From Klebsormidium nitens (taxonomy: Eukaryota > Plantae > Klebsormidiophyceae): 64,000 nt of DNA. The stretch lies in the NCBI GenBank assembly GCA_000708835.1, contig DF237246.1, positions 44,325-108,324 on the forward strand, written 5' to 3'. Every line of letters starts with the position of its first letter. The first letter of the stretch is position 1. The notes under the pieces were generated by a model. It was not told the origin of the DNA and did not search any database. It worked only from the letters and a program-made list of their open reading frames with translations. The position numbers and the translations under genes are program-made. Shown here one piece after another: positions 25,001 through 37,012 of the stretch.

Positions 25001-27950
25001 TTGACAGTGGGTAAAAGGGGCTCTGCTAAATGCGGAGATCATTCTTGGCTGTCCTATAGGTTCAGGGTCGCGGCTTGGTAATGCCAAATCAGTGTGACTC
25101 TGGTCGACCTTTCCCGTTTTTTTGCGGTAGGTTAAGGCGGGCGATTCTGAAACTGCTGATCTCTTGGAGGGCGCTCTCCCGTTGTGCGGACGGTGAGTCA
25201 CCCGTTCTTCCTCAACTGAACACCTCGATTGCTGTACACACCCTCTGATCATTCCTGATCGCCCGTGCCACCTGCAGGTCTACAGCGCCGATGGCGTCAG
25301 CAACTTGGTGGGAGGGCGCCGGGTGCCCCAGTTCGTGTTGGGCGCGGGTGCCATCCTGGGGCTGTACGAGGCCCTCACGGGCAACCGCGCAAAGCTAACC
25401 AGCGTCGCGGCTGATTCTGTGTGCACGTGCTACATTGTCGATGTGAGCCCTCCTGCTTTTTGCTCTCACTTGATTGCTCGGTTTTCACCTTCCGCATCCC
25501 GCTGATATCAACGTTCCCTTCTCCTGGGCTCCGCTTATTTCGGCGTTCCCTCATTCCAGGGTCCGATCCGCTACTTCCGCATTCTGCTGATATTTGTGGA
25601 ACATCCTACGTTCTACTCATCTTGAGTGCCCCTTTTCCGCTTATATCGAGGTCTTCTGGCTCCAAGGTCTCTTAATATTACCTCTTGCTACTTCTGCGGT
25701 GCGCTTATCTTGCTGCTATTGTATAGCTTACTTGGGTTTCCCTTGTTCCGGGGTCCGCTCGTTCCGAGATCCTCGCTTTCCAATTCGCTGCTTGAGAGAT
25801 GCCGCTGCTTCAGAGTTTCTCTCGCTGATTTCTAGATTACTTCAGTTTATTCTCATGATTACCTCAGACTTCCTTCGCTATCGTGCAGAGGACCCTCCTT
25901 GCCGAGATGGTTAGCACGGACGTGGACGTAACCCAGTTCCTCTGGAAGGTGAGCGTTTCACCAGCTGTCTGATGCTTCGAATATTCCCCTTTCACGAGAT
26001 GCAGTGCCATTACGGTTCGCTTAGCGCCCGGGAACATGGCCCGGTTAATTGAGCCCTTCGAGACTTGGGAACACGCCGTCGTTATCTGACCGCATGCGGG
26101 TTTTTAAAATGAGTTGAAGGCTGCCCAATCCGACTACTTTGCCTGAGAAGTTGGGCCTTTACACAGGCTTAGCCAAAACATGGGAAAGGTTGCGTTATTC
26201 GTCGCGAACTTTGAACGCAACCCCTTCTAGCTTGGTACATGCTCTGAGCCACTCTTCAAGCTTTGCGCGTCATACTAGCCAGAGATTCTCTACATTCGGT
26301 CCCCACCGGTGAATTTTCACATGACCGGTGGATGTAACGGGTTCGCGCCTTGTGCAGGAGAGCGCCGTGCTGCTGTCCCGGTTGGTGCTCCCCCGGGCTG
26401 TTGCCCACATGAGCCTCCAAGAGATCCGGAAAATGATTCTGGAGAATGGACGGCTGAAGGTTAGCAATCTTCGCGCGGATCCTGCCGGCCTCGCCACACT
26501 GAATATTCCAATTTCTCCAATTTGCCTTGCCCAATGTTCACACAGTCTTCTCATAGTAGTCCTACTGGTTTCTCATTCTGAATCGACGTGCGTATAGAAG
26601 CCTCGGGCTTCGCGAGTTGTGCTGGGGAGCTCTTGCAACGACGCCGAAGCCCCGTCTGCTGAACCCGGTTGGTTCCACCCCATTTTTGCAGCTCTTTGGA
26701 CCCGAAGAGCCTGTTTACATCCGGTACGACGAGGTGCTCGTATTGCTGGAGGGGAGGCTGCGCAACACCGAAGGCTCCTCGCTGGTAGCACCACTGGGGC
26801 TGGATCCTGACGTTTCCTCGCTATTGGCAGGTGAGCCCCCCGGAATTTAATGGACATCCAATTAAACCTGTCCGCCTGACCGGAGTGCTATTTGGGCAAA
26901 ACTCTACCCGATGCGCAGAACTTGGACCCGGCAATGACTCGGATGCCTCTCGTCGAACGGCCCACGTTCTACGGCTCGAGAAAAGTTTTGCGACTGGCTC
27001 GATTCCTGACTCGGGTCAGGCGGCCAGGTTTGACCGAACCTCCACTATCTCTTGGTCCCTCTTTCTCGTAGGATTTACACCCCGTGCCACACCATTGTGA
27101 AGGTTTAGTATGGAGACCGCCATGACGAGCTTAGCAAAGGTACCGCCATCCATCACAAGCAGCCAGCGTCTTCCAAGAATCCTGCCATGATTAGTTGCGT
27201 ATAGTTTGCTGATTCGACTTGGCAACAGACTGCTTGACTGGCATTACAACGTCGACAACTAAGATTGGCAGCTTTGCCCGGGTGTAGCTGTATCGCTTTC
27301 CCTCTATCGACCGTCGCGGTCCCACTTGCAAGAGTACAGCGAGATGCGGTTAAGGTGCAAAGCAAAATCAAAAGGTAAAGAGACTTCGTCTTTAACAGGC
27401 GGGGTTTAACAATTGGGTCCGATCCTCCGCAGGGCCGCTCGACACCGTGCGCCTCAAGGCGGAGCTGGAGTACGTGGCCGAGGTGCTCACGCGCGTGCTC
27501 TTCATCCCGGTTGGCATCAACCGGGGCTTCTCGCAGTCGCAATACCCTCTCCCAACCGAGACCGCAAAAGCGCTTGGTGTTAGCGCCGTGTCCTTTGCCG
27601 ACTACCAGGTTGCAGCAAAGCCCGGGCCTGATGGACCCGTGGACTCACAGGAGGCCTTGTCAGATGGGCGGGAAGCGTCTAAGGACGCCCCGGCGGAGAG
27701 GGCCGCCTCCGCCGTGCTGACTAGCAAGGCCTCGGCGGGTAACGTGAACCCTGCGAAATTTACCCGGCAGTTTACCCGGTTGCCAAGTGGGCGAAATATG
27801 AGGCCGCTCGCCGATTTGGGTGTGACTATGCCCATGGAGCCGGTTCCGGTGAGAGGGCGTTCCGCGGCCCCACTGCCGGCGGACCATGGGGGCGCCGAGG
27901 ATTCGAAGGATGCCTTTGACGACCTTGAGGCCATTGTTGTGGACGGGTAA
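13059..27950 (+). CDS. SOS1: Plasma-membrane Na+/H+ antiporter SOS1/NHX7 (CPA1 membrane domain plus cytosolic tail with cNMP-binding-like domain), ~1126 aa if the frameshift at exon 3/4 is corrected
   Basis: 23 exons: 13059-13278, 14145-14195, 14782-14872, 15370-15447, 15952-16109, 16620-16721, 17272-17389, 18083-18135, 18609-18719, 18949-19117, 19272-19337, 19931-19999, 20611-20718, 21321-21454, 22000-22109, 23046-23331, 23786-23957, 24582-24881, 25278-25442, 25889-25948, 26358-26459, 26692-26830, 27433-27950. Motifs: VPYTVALLIIG, FLPALLFESS, SATDPVAVVALLKELGASKKLNTIIEGESLINDG, HHFWEMVAYMANTLIF, WAGLRGAVAL, DDEELGPAHW, GVQAAYW. All junctions are in phase except exon 3/4. Confidence 0.95.
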
Positions 27951-28069
27951 TACGGCTTGAGTTCCGAGGCGGACCCGCTAACAAGGTCGACTTGACGTGC
28001 AAGGATGTTGAGTGGGGCCCTGCTATGTGAGCGGCTTCGAAGATTCGAAGACCGTTGGCTTCTGAGCAC

Positions 28070-29700
28070 ACTACTACAAGTATGCTTAGTGAAGACTTTG
28101 ATTGGGTAGACTTATATATTTAGATAGTGACAGATTGGCCGTAGAGGGTGAGGAAGGGCCTGACGGGCGGGCCCCAGATCGCGACAATAAAGAGGGGAAT
28201 GTGTTGTGGGCACGAATGATCTAATCTGAAATAGTGGGCGACTATTTTAGTGGTCCGAAGTGATGAATGAGAGACTGGAGTATCCGTTTTACGCGGTGAA
28301 TTGTCAATAAGTCATGTTTAAGTGTCCATGTATCAGTGTTTGCTTACTAAAAGAGACGAAGAGGACCGGATACATGTCGAGGCACGGTGTTGATATATAG
28401 ATTGCTGATCGATGGTAGTAGTCGGTTGCTAAGCATCTTCGTGTCCCTGGATTTTGATCGAGCAGGTCAATCTGAAGTCAATGTATATTCGAAGTGCGCG
28501 TCAATCTCTCTTCTCTGAAGAACCACGAACATACACTCCAGTGTGAACCCTTGTCTGCTTGTTTCTTTCTAGTACTGTCTTTTTGTAGTTGATGTAGCTT
28601 GTCACCAGGGTACGATAGAAAAGCTATGTAGTACGTGTTGGTGTCGCTCGGGTGTCGACCGTCTCCCCCTATTTAAATTTTTGGCCGTCCATTCTCGATA
28701 CTGCAGTCAGCTTCGCACCCTTGGATATCAAAAGCGCAGGCTCTATATCTCTACTGTACCTTCTTGAGTGGCGAATCAAATCGGAAAAGTAGAGTCGTGA
28801 TTGAATGCCTTGTATCAATCTGTCCACGTGGCCACCGTTCAGCACGGCGTCTAGCAGCGTCTCTTGAGCACATATATCTACGGCCTCGGTGTAGCGCTTG
28901 GCATCTGCTAGCGCGTCCACTAAGATTCAAGAATACCGCCACCATGCTCGGTTGAACGTGTTTGAAGTCCCATTGCCAAGCGAAGATTCTCAACTCCGAG
29001 GACTCCCTTCACATGCCTATGCCTGCACGTCTCAATAGCTGCTTTGCAAGCGTCATTTGGTCAACCACCAGCGCGCGCCATTCCGCTGAGTCCGGTTTTC
29101 TTGAGAAACGTCAGGCTCCGAGGCGTAAACTGATTGTCAGAAATTCTGGCTTTTTGGTCACTTCGAACCATCCTTTCGAAAGAGATTGCATCCGGCAGAC
29201 CACTTCGTTTGGCAATCTGAGGTGAGGTGACAGCTAGCTATTCAAACAACCATGCAACTTACGGACGGGCCCGGCCGGCCACTGGCTGGCAATCCTTGGC
29301 AACGGAGGAAGAGGACCGTCCGCAGATAGTGACCGCTGAGCCACGAAGAGACTCACGGTTAGTCAATTCAGGTGCTTGTTCTGGTAGAGATTCGTCAAAA
29401 ATGCTCTTATAACGGCTCCAGCAAATCATCTGGAAACCCTTTGAAACCTGACCTTCAAATATTCTGACCACGAGTGGCTAGACGTGGGACAAAAAGGGCA
29501 CCACGTTCAGGTATGATCTTTATTGTGAAGGTCCTGCAATCTTGACAGGACAGTCCCGGCGTCAGGCTGTGGCAGCTATGCACTAAGATATGCATTTCGC
29601 CGCTTTGCTCTCCATCTCGAAGCATTTGAGCACCGCCGCTTGATTCAGCAACTTCCAGCACAGGCCTACGCACGTTGCCTACTGTAGTGACACGTTAGCG
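28070..29700. other. Compositionally distinct, degraded coding-like tract (possible pseudogene or decayed mobile/foreign DNA)
   Basis: AT/TA-richer than its flanks. Contains short protein-like frames broken by stops, e.g. minus 28920-28669 with a TAG acceptor at its start. No recognisable domain. Confidence 0.25.
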
Positions 29701-29779
29701 TTCCTCCTGCCTCTTGCTTGTGGAAGACTGCTATTTGCCATAGTACAACAACTAAATGTACCGTATGAGCGAACGCACT

Positions 29780-29950
29780 CCAACCGGTCGCGCGGCGCGT
29801 GGCGCGGTCGGAGCGGGCCGCCGCGCGGCCGCTCTTCTCAGCATTCGGACACGCGGTTATCGCACGGCAGGGTTTGAGGTTTCGACGGGCGCGGCCGTGG
29901 CGGCAGCCGCGGCCGCCCGCGCGCCCGGCCGCCGGCCCCGGCCGGCCGAT
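29780..29950. promoter_or_regulatory. Very GC/CpG-rich island, likely promoter/TSS region
   Basis: Runs of CGCG/GGCC, plus a telo-box core AGGGTTT at 29869-29875; similar islands precede other genes (32740-32800, 37900-38030). Confidence 0.5.
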
Positions 29951-30016
29951 CCACATGTGAAGCTAGACGTTCATGAAAAGACGAACTCAAGCCATCAAAC
30001 TTCAAAGAACGTCCGA

Positions 30017-30165
30017 AGCCCATCGCGTCTTCGCTAGGCTGAGCACACGAGCCCATCGCGGTGTCTGTGCTGGCCCCTGGGCTTCAAGAGCTTAAGCACG
30101 AGAGCCCATTGCGTCTGTGCTGGGGCTTAAAAGCTTAAGCACGAGAGCCCATTGTGTCTGTGCTG
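30017..30165 (+). repeat. Tandem repeat with ~43-nt unit (2 near-perfect plus 2 degenerate copies), each carrying AGCCCA (site II, TGGGCY, on the minus strand)
   Basis: AGCTTAAGCACGAGAGCCCATTG(C/T)GTCTGTGCTG at 30089 and 30132; partial AGCCCATCGCG copies at 30017 and 30050. Confidence 0.85.
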
Positions 30166-31308
30166 CTATCTCATATGCACGTGTGAGATATATACGTGCT
30201 GGTGGAAGGGCGCAGAGGAAAGAATTACAAGGCATACGTTGAGGTGAGTGTTTGTTTAAAGGCCACTGCTGCTGATTTGTGATGAACTATTTCTCGCAAC
30301 TTATGATTAGCTCATGATATTGCAGTGGTCTACAGCAAGAAGGCAAATGAAGTCAATTCTGAGTACTGACATCCCTTCTATTCATGACTCAATCTTAGGT
30401 CCAGGTTCAATTGAGAATCTTGTCAACACAAAGAAAGGAAACGGAAGCATGTAACGGAGGGCTGTTTAGTAGGCTCGTTCTCCTGATCAGATTTCGACGG
30501 CTCTTCTTCTAAACTTTGGTATTCGCACATGCCCTTCGACCGCAGAAGGGAGTGATGTGAGCGTAGCCAGCGTTCGTCCCATCCACCTAGGGTGCAAATT
30601 CAGTCAGATTAACCCGGGAAATGATTGAGATGGCAGGAATAAGAGGAATCAGACCGTCTCTTCCGCTCGAAAAGGTGGCCTGAACCTTTTTTGTGATCTC
30701 ATTGGCACAACTGGTCAATGTTCTGAGGAAGCCGTGAAGCAGGCAGCTTTACGTGAATGTAAAATTTTAGTTGAGGAAACGTTGAGACCGACTACTTTTA
30801 GGAAAGCGGCTTTCGATTTCCCTGCTACTTTGTGCATAGCTGAAACATTCAACATTCTGAACCTCACACCTCTTTCGATTTACATCTTTGATGGCCTTCA
30901 TTTTTCGCCGCTTAAGAGTCGCCTTCATACACTCTTGACCGGCGCATTAGTCGATTCTCTAGCGCTTCGAGTTGCAGAGTTGATCAAATTTTCCGAGGTT
31001 TTAGCTCTTTGAGATTCTTGCGATTGCAGGTCGGACGTCTCACTGGCGTTAACGAAACCTGCTCAACCGCTTGATAGACGTTGCAAAGGAATACCATCTA
31101 GCAAAACGCCCGCTCTAGTTGTCAAGCACTTCTCCAAGATGCTGTATACGGTCCGGCCTGAATTAGTCCGTATCTTGCTGTCATCCGTTGAAGACGGAGA
31201 GGCAGCCGCTACTTAACTTGAAGCGCAGCAGATTAATCCTACTTGCTTCCTGCAAGTCCTTAGGTGTTGCCGAACACTGACTTTCCGTTTGGGCTCTTTC
31301 TTTTGCAG

Positions 31309-31692
31309 TTCAACAAGGAGAAGCATGCAGGTCCGCTCGATCCGCTCGCGCTCACGCCGCGCGCGACCGCCGGGACCAATGGAAAGAAGCAGCCCGGGTC
31401 AGCACCTTCCGGCTTCAAGAACGGAACCACAGGGGCGAGCGGAACGACGACTGCGGCTAATGAAGCGGAGAGGAAGGGGAAGCGCGTCCGGGAGGAGACG
31501 CCGTCGGGCGCAGCGCCAGAAAATGCGCGCGAGCCGGTCGCGGGCGCCAATGGCAAGAGGACCAAGGAAGTGGCGCGGGCAGAAGAGGGCGACTTTGCTG
31601 GAGAAGGGCGCGGAAACTGGAAGCCGGAGGAATGGGGTTTTATCGTGCGGGAGAACCCAGAATTCAGCGGAGACGGCGATGATGCCATGTAG
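31309..31692 (+). CDS. Probable terminal exon of an uncharacterised gene; upstream exons unresolved (candidates in 30.2-31.2 kb)
   Basis: TTTTGCAG acceptor followed by a GC3-rich open frame (FNKEKHAGPLDP...WKPEEWGFIVRENPEFSGDGDDAM*). A donor-like GAG|GTGAGT lies at 30243. Confidence 0.45.
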   Translation, partial: FNKEKHAGPLDPLALTPRATAGTNGKKQPGSAPSGFKNGTTGASGTTTAANEAERKGKRVREETPSGAAPENAREPVAGANGKRTKEVARAEEGDFAGEGRGNWKPEEWGFIVRENPEFSGDGDDAM

Positions 31693-32739
31693 AAGCTTAA
31701 CACGTGCTACTAATCAGAGAGATCAAGAGTGCGGGAGGGTACTTGCTGTTTCAATCTTGAGAGCGTTTAACATTGCGGAGCAAGCTGGGCGGTAGTGTTT
31801 GGACAATACCCATCAGATCCCTTTTTGGTGTGTGAGGCAGGGCCCAAGTCAATCGAAAGTGTCACGATGAATCCTGTGCAAGAATAGCGAGATATGACCT
31901 GGCCCCTTCGTCAAGCTTTTGGAGTTACATGTGGAACAGTTGGCAGTCTGGGTAGGTTGAGTGATCCGCGCAGCCGTCCGGCCGGGAAAGGCCTGTTTGC
32001 AGGCCGAACTTTAAACGTGCTGTTTCAGCTATTCACTGGAGCGTAGGAGCGAGGTCGAGATCAAGTTCGATACTAGGGTAGTGGATAGATAACCTATACT
32101 TACCCAGTGTTCGGCGAAAAGCATTTTCTTCTTAGCGAGATTCGGGAATAGATTTAATTAGTTTGAATAGTGGTCAACGTTTCTTGTAACTCAAGGGCGC
32201 TGTAATTGATCATATATAGCGCTCAGTAGCAGGCTGGGCTACCTGCGCTATCTCAAGCGCAGGACAAGTTCTGTCACGGTCGCCTACAATCATTCAACCC
32301 GCATTGCAATGGCAGATGGTCCTCCGAAATATGAGAAGCATAGTAAGTCCTGGCTGATCTGTGGAAACGACCTTGAAGAACTTTTGCACGTCACTGAGGC
32401 AGACATCCTGCGCGGATGGACTTAACGGTGCGCATATGCGAGCGACATGCAGGTCTAGTCGAGGCATGTCAATGACGAATTCGTAGAAACGAAGTCGGGC
32501 CTTTAAGTCTTGATTGACCCACACGTTCGGCATGAAATGCGCCGAACAGATTGTCTCGGCGAAGCCATCAAAGTTGCGGCCTGCCGTGCTTTAAAGACGA
32601 AGCCGACGAATGGACGAAACTTTACACGTGTCCGACCGGCTGCATGGAGTCGTATCTCTGTGCCTGCCACGTGTGACAACATAGAGTCGCAGACAGTCTT
32701 ACGATTTTCAGCTGACTACTGTAGCAGGTTTGCGAATCT

Positions 32740-32800
32740 CGGTCGGCTGTGGGCGCGGGCGCCTCCAGGGCACGCCGCCCGCTTCGAGGGTTTCTTCTCA
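32740..32800. promoter_or_regulatory. GC-rich promoter-like island upstream of the 32925 gene
   Basis: CG-dense stretch with GAGGGTTT, ~130 nt upstream of ATG 32925. Confidence 0.4.
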
Positions 32801-32924
32801 CGTGTCGCACGAAATAGGCTTCTTGCCTGCACGGTGGACTATTGAATGTAGAGGCTTCTGCGGAAAGACGTAGGTGTCACTTTACGCGCATGGCCGCACG
32901 GCGAGCCTGGAAGGAAGCGTCACA

Positions 32925-35900
32925 ATGGCACGAATCAAGCGACGGGATCCCCCAGCTCCCGCCAACGGAAGCGGTGAAGCGGAAGGCAAGTTCACGAAGA
33001 GAATGCTACTTTCCTCACAACTAGAGACTTGCATCATCTTCCACCTGAATCAAGTTGCAAGCGACACTTGACTTTCAAGAACCATCTCGTCTCTGGATAC
33101 TTTAGCGTGGATCCGTGTTGTGCATGTGCTGCCAATCAGCTGCACTAAGACCCCAGAAGATGCGCCTTCGAAAGCAACATTGTTTCTGGCCCTTCTGGAC
33201 ACTCTCAAACCTGCGAGACTCGCGGAACAGAGCCAGCAGATAAAGCCTGACGGCCTTGCTTGCTTGCTGGATCTGGTGAGACATTAGAGCCCTTTGAAGA
33301 GGTTTTAAGGAAGGCACAGATAGTCTTTTCTGAGGTCGTCCTTCTTGCAGCTCTTAAGGATGCAACAGTAGGCATATGTCTTGCAACAAAACCGAACCAA
33401 GTCGGGAGCGCTGCTTTTTGCAGGAGATAAGAGCAACGTGGTGAAGGCTGCGCAGGAGCCAAGCGACTCTGGCCCTGCAGAAGCAGCGTCGAAACGGCGC
33501 AAAGGAAGCGGCGAACCTTATATTGGAACGACGGGCGAGGACCTTCCTCTAGCCGAGCCCAAGGATGGTAATATAAGCGCGGAAGACTGTTCGATTCCTT
33601 GTGGCTTCGTGGATTGAGATGTCTGACGAGACAGTCTCTGGAGCCGGGGTGAAAAATCTAGTTTATAGATCAGACGTTGCCGATAACCCAGAAATTACAG
33701 TTAAGGAGCCTGCAAGACTGAAACTCTGTTTCCACTCTCCAAGAACCCAGGTTTGCTGTCCAAAGGATTGACTAGGGACCAGAGCATAGTGACAGACGTC
33801 TAGCACTTAAAGGAAGGAGAGTCCGATGATCAGGAACATTGCCCTGGCAGTGACACTCCGGAAGGAAATTGGGGCCGCGCGTTCTGACGTCCTGGAATCG
33901 AGAATACCTGTACGCATATTCAATTTGATTTTGCAGAAGAGGGAAAAGAAGACGTGAAGGAGGAGCAGACGGCGAGACACACTGCCAATTCCAAACAGGA
34001 GAAAGAAGGCGGCAGGCGGACCAGAGACTCCGAGACGACGGATTCGACTCCGGAGTATGGTGAGAGATTGGCAGGATGGATTCCATGGCAGGAATCATTC
34101 CTTCGCTTTCTTAAGTTTCAGCACGCCCGCTTTGTGGAACGGCTCGAAAGAACTTGATGGGTAGCACCAGAGATTTCCTTCTCGAGAACCCTGTTTAAGG
34201 GGGCGCAGCTCGCTAACCGGGTTAGCCATAACAGCTGAAGAAAGAAGCCGTGAAGCAACAAAGCAACAAATTTGAAAAGTGGTTCAAAATTTCCTTGTCT
34301 TAGATGGTATTGATGCTGACTGAGCTTTTTGTCAATGGAATCGATACAAAGAAAGAGTAGAAAACAAGCTGAACGTTAGCTGCAAAAAGGGTTGTCAAAG
34401 CGGAGCCGGTCATGTCACTGGTGAGATGGTCGGCATGAGGAGAGCTACACAAGTTGATCGGACTACTCAATTGCCAGGCATAAGTGGGTTTGCACACAGG
34501 TCGTACATGCAGAACCAAATTCTCAACCGTGTCTGGTGGCGCAGGACCGGAACGGAAGCGCAAAGGAGCTGAATGCAAGGTGGAGCCTGTCGAGGGCTGC
34601 GTGCGGGTCAACCGGGCGCCCGTGCTGGCGCTCTGGGTAGCTGTCGTGGCGCAACGAGAGGGCTACACGTGGCCAGAGAGCCTCAGCTTTGGGATGTATA
34701 TCGCGGGACTGTTCGCCGTAAGCAAAGGTGAGACAGCTGGGTAAATGGCTCGATTTGAGTAGCCAGAATGAGTCCGAAGTGCAAGTAAACATCTGTAACT
34801 GAAGACTCACTGCAAGCCCCATGCAGAGAACACAGTTCAAAGATTCAGCGGAGACCGCGCTGCTTAGCGATCGCCAGATCCCTGCTAACGTTGGAGAGAA
34901 GAACGGAGGCCAGTTCCTTCTGCTTTCGTGTCCTAGTGTCAAAATTTGGCAACCTTCATCCACAAAGTTGTCACTTTTGGTGCAGAGCTGGGCAATTCAA
35001 TCAATACCGTCGTTGTAATCATCTCGAGCTTGTATTTGCCAAAAGATTGCTGAAGCAGGTGCAAAAACTGCATTTCTGCAGGTTATCAAACCTGACAAGG
35101 AGCCTGGACTAACAACCCACATGTACTTTGCCGGAAGTTCGTGTTCGTGCAAAACGTCTTCGGACTGGTATCAGACTGAGCGTCTCTCCTCGACCTTCTT
35201 GTCATGCAGGTCAGTCGAGAACACGGATGTGAACGTTTCTTAGTCTTTTGCATCCAAAACGGGATCAACAATACTCGAGCAGTGAGAACTTCTCTACTTT
35301 CGGTGTCCTGATGGAACAAGAAACCCCAGGGTCCCGTTTCGCTGCAGCGAGGCATCTGGGCATCGTCCGCCGGAGGGCCCGCGTGGACCGGACCAGGCGG
35401 CAGCAGGAGATGATGCACCTCGGGCGGTGCCCCGTGTTCGGCATCCAGGTGCGCCCTCTGCATTCGGCCAATTGCTTGACTCTGACAATAAGCCCACGTG
35501 AAGTCAGAGTGACGTCTGTCGCTTGTTATTCCTGGCCGTGACGATTGATGAAGATGGTGGCGGCTTCCTGCTTGTCGAACCCGGGGTGCCGGGTTTATGG
35601 AGCCCCTCAGGCCCCCCTCCGTTGCCACACCTGAGATTGGATCAGGTCTTATTCGCTTTCGCCAGCTGTAAATCGCTTCGGCTCTGTCTATGGAACGTTT
35701 GGAAACAACTATAGCTTGCCTGGCAGACCGCCCTGAACCTAAATTCAAGCTACTTTCAGAAAGGTTCCTGAAAACTTGGGTGAAAACAAAGTTTCTTTGA
35801 GTTACGATTTAAGAAAGACAACGAAGAATGTAGACCGCAAGCCTGACAGGGGCCCAAGCCGCGTGGTCCTCACCTCCTCCTGAAACTCCTCGCTTGCTCA

Positions 35901-37012
35901 TTGATTTGAAGCGCATCTCACAGCCAACAGACATCTACGCTCTATGATTGGCTGATTGGGGCAAGACAAGCTGCCTCTACAAGCAGGGAACTGCCTGAGC
36001 TTTTACTCAATTTCGTTGCTGCAGATCTACGTGAAGAAGACTCCGGGCGGCCTGCGGGCGATCGGCCCGGACGGGCGGCCCATCGAGCCGGATGATGTGA
36101 TGCAGTACCTGCGGAGAAAGTTTGGGGACAAGCTGGAGCTCGTCAAAAGTGAGCGCGCGCGCTCCCTTGAACGAGAATAACGGCTTATAGCAATCTTTGA
36201 GACTTCCAACCTGGAGATCAATAAGGTGGTGCCGCGGTTCATTAAGCGCGCGTGCTATAAGTATGAGAGCGCGATGCATACAAGCTGATTTCCTCTTCGT
36301 CCCGTTGGTAGCGGAGTCGGTCGCGTGTGGGCAGAACGTTTTGGACACTTCACATTGGCACCAGAAAGCTGGCTGACACGCTACTCAAGATCTTATTTGC
36401 CGCTTTTTAAGGCTCCTTCCCTCATTCCCTCATTCCCTCATTCTGTCAGCTTGAGAAATTGACTGCTCTGAGCCGATCGCAACGAGAAGTTTTGTCGAGT
36501 GAGGGTGCATGCGCTTTGCAAGAGTCTCCGTGTTACTCCCAGGGGTACCGCAAAATGCACTTTCGAACTCTGTCTGCATCTACTCCTATGCCCTCAGAAG
36601 AGCTGCGTTATTACCAAAAGCTCTATTTCAGCGTCGGGATCTGTTTCTTCGTTGCAGAATCCTGCCCAAAGGCGACTTCGATTGCTGTTGTTTAGGTCAG
36701 AGGAAATCTGTGTACGTGCGATCGAAAAATATCAGCCGCTCTCAAAAGCCCAAAAAGTTCCCGTGTCTCTGATCAGCGCTGTATCATTCCTGCAAATGAA
36801 ACTTCTTCCTTGCAGAGGCCATGGAGTCGCTCGCGTGCGTCTACTCGCCAAACGAGATCGGCGAGGTGGCTTACGACCTGTATGAGAAGTTCCGGCCACC
36901 GGTGCCCCCGGGGCGGAGCGGCTTCGGAACGAAGGGCCCCCTAGACCTGGCATACATCTCCAAGACCTTGGTAGAGGAAGCGAGAAAGGCAAAAGGGAAA
37001 GCCAACGCGTAG
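32925..37012 (+). CDS. Conserved protein of unknown function (~310 aa): charged disordered N-terminus plus a C-terminal domain I recall from bacterial and algal hypothetical proteins
   Basis: Phase-consistent exons 32925-32985 (or -32973), 33424-33567, 33937-34059, 34545-34727, 35348-35448, 36025-36148, 36816-37012. Domain reads VNRAPVLALWVAVVAQREG...SKARHLGI...KTPGGLRAIG..GRPIEPDDVMQYLRRKFGDKL...AMESLA...AYDLYEKFRPPVPPGRSGFGTKGPLDL. Confidence 0.85.
36417..36443 (+). repeat. Short tandem repeat (TTCCCTCA)x3
   Basis: Read directly from the sequence, in the last intron of the 32925 gene. Confidence 0.9.

Noticed and set aside
32096-32107. ATACTTACC resembling the U1 snRNA 5' end
   Set aside because: The similarity stops after 9 nt; it is better read as a GTAAGTAT donor on the minus strand.
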